Positions 31,554 through 32,804 of a DNA stretch of 32,804 nucleotides are shown here, one piece after another. How positions within the stretch are numbered: position 1 is the stretch's first letter; each line of letters starts with the position of its first letter. The stretch is taken from contig CAJVPI010000369.1 of the NCBI GenBank assembly GCA_910592345.1, positions 1-32,804 of the forward strand, given 5' to 3'. Both the position numbers and the translations under genes were made by a program. Origin of the DNA: Paraglomus brasilianum. Taxonomy: Eukaryota. The notes below the pieces were generated by a model that saw only the letters and a list, made by a program, of their open reading frames with translations, did not search any database and was not told the DNA's origin.

Positions 31554-32804
31554 CAGTGGACTCTCCCTAAGTGCATGATCCCTAAGTGCATTGTCCCTCT
31601 AAGTGCAGGAAATAATCTGGTCCCATGTTGGGACCTATGGGATAAGTGCAGGTTCTCCCTATTCTATAAGTGCAGAAGTGCACGATATTTGTTGGCCCTT
31701 ATATGTAAAAAACTCTCCGTAAGTGCAAATAGCCAATAAAATTTATAGATCATTTCTATTTAAGTACTAGTACTGCTGATCAGTCGCGATCACTCTTTAA
31801 TCTTTAGAATGCCTAAAATTAAAAGAACTACATTAACAAACAAGCAAAAATTGCTTGTTCTCAAATACAAAGACAGTAACCCCAATGCTACCCATGTAAA
31901 TGTTGCTCAATGGGTTAAGACAACATTGAACTTAGACATCCACCCAACAACTGTTGGACGTTTACTGAAGCGAAATGACATCAAGGAATGTGAAAATGTC
32001 TCTAATTCCAAAAGATCACGAACTGTTCAATATCCTGATCTTGAAAACGCAATGTATGAATGGGTCATACAGTATCAAACTCATGTTACATTAACTGATG
32101 AAATCTTAAAAGAAAAAGCGAAACAGTTTGCGAAGCTGTTGAATATATCCGAAGATAAATTTAAATTTTCGACTGGTTGGTTAGCAAAGTTCAAGAAAAG
32201 ACACAATATTACAAAAGTAAAACGACATGGAGAAAGTGCCTCAGCAGATCATGCTGCAGTAGATATCGCTATTCCTGAATTTAGAGAACTGTTAGCGCAA
32301 TATAATCCACAAGACATATATAACATGGATGAGACGGGATTGTTTTACAGGTACAGTAAAGTGCAATCGCTATTGTATTTTGCAAATAATCACATTCTGT
32401 TAATGGGTTAATAGGCTAGAACCAGACACGACATTAGCAAAACCCGCTTAAGTGGCAGGAAAAAAAATAAAGAGCGATTGACAGTTGCACTTTGTGCAAA
32501 CGCTAATGGAACAGACAAACTCAAGCCGCTAGTAATCGGTAAGTATTTGAACCCACGATGCTTTAAACGTATTAACCGTAATAGTCTTGGTGTGATGTAC
32601 GAGGCCAATGCGAAGGCGTGGATGACAGGGCGTGTGTTTGAACGATGGCTAAAAGCTTTCGACCAGCGAATTACTGGGCGCAAAGTCATTCTTTTAATAG
32701 ATAATGCACCCAGCCATGCTGTTAATGCCGTTGAACTCCGAAATACAACTATACGTTTTCTACCTCCGAACACGACTTCCAGAATTCAGCCGATGGACGC
32801 GGGT
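31554..32804 (+). mobile_element. pogo/Tigger-family DNA transposon, left part (runs off the window)
   Basis: TA (31552-31553) + CAGTGGACTCTCCCTAAGTGCA, six subterminal TAAGTGCA repeats to ~31727, then a transposase gene. Confidence 0.92.
31809..32804 (+). CDS. pogo/Tigger (CENP-B-like HTH + DDD) transposase, partial, with one intron and one apparent frameshift
   Basis: Exon 31809-32350 carries two HTHs (RTTLTNKQK..., FKFSTGWLAKFKKRH) and YNMDETGLFYR. GT-AG intron 32351-32414, then LEPDTTLA; after a 1-nt shift at ~32440 it reads RLSGRKKNKERLTV...KAWMT...LLIDNAPSH...FLPPNTTSRIQPMDAG. All three catalytic Asp are present. Confidence 0.9.

Noticed and set aside
32408..32773. 121-aa minus-strand ORF
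   Set aside because: Antisense to the transposase catalytic exon.

Overview
AT-rich, intron-containing eukaryotic DNA. Gene and transposon content point to an early-diverging fungus (Mucoromycota; Glomeromycotina- or Endogonales-like), which is an inference. There are four apparently intact host genes: (1) a 3-exon orphan with a 12x8-aa N-terminal repeat, SUMO-interacting-like motifs and a basic NLS (5558-7123, -); (2) an intronless 1067-aa protein with three C-terminal ASH/Ig-like domains resembling CEP192/SPD-2 (10224-13427, -); (3) a 6-exon class-2 DYRK (Pom1/DYRK2-like) kinase (18375-23265, -); (4) a stand-alone SPX-domain protein (26780-27966, +). Both ends of the window are transposon and pseudogene patchworks. 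The left end holds a foldback-like element, a Ginger/KRBA2-like integrase remnant, an SF1 helicase remnant, a deleted Tc1 and MITEs. The right end holds a ~0.7-kb piece that reads open only with TGA=Trp (candidate DNA from Mollicutes-related endobacteria), a CpG-purged Crinkler-like plus transposase chimera, and a near-intact pogo/Tigger transposon running off the window. All family assignments come from motif recognition by eye, not database searches.
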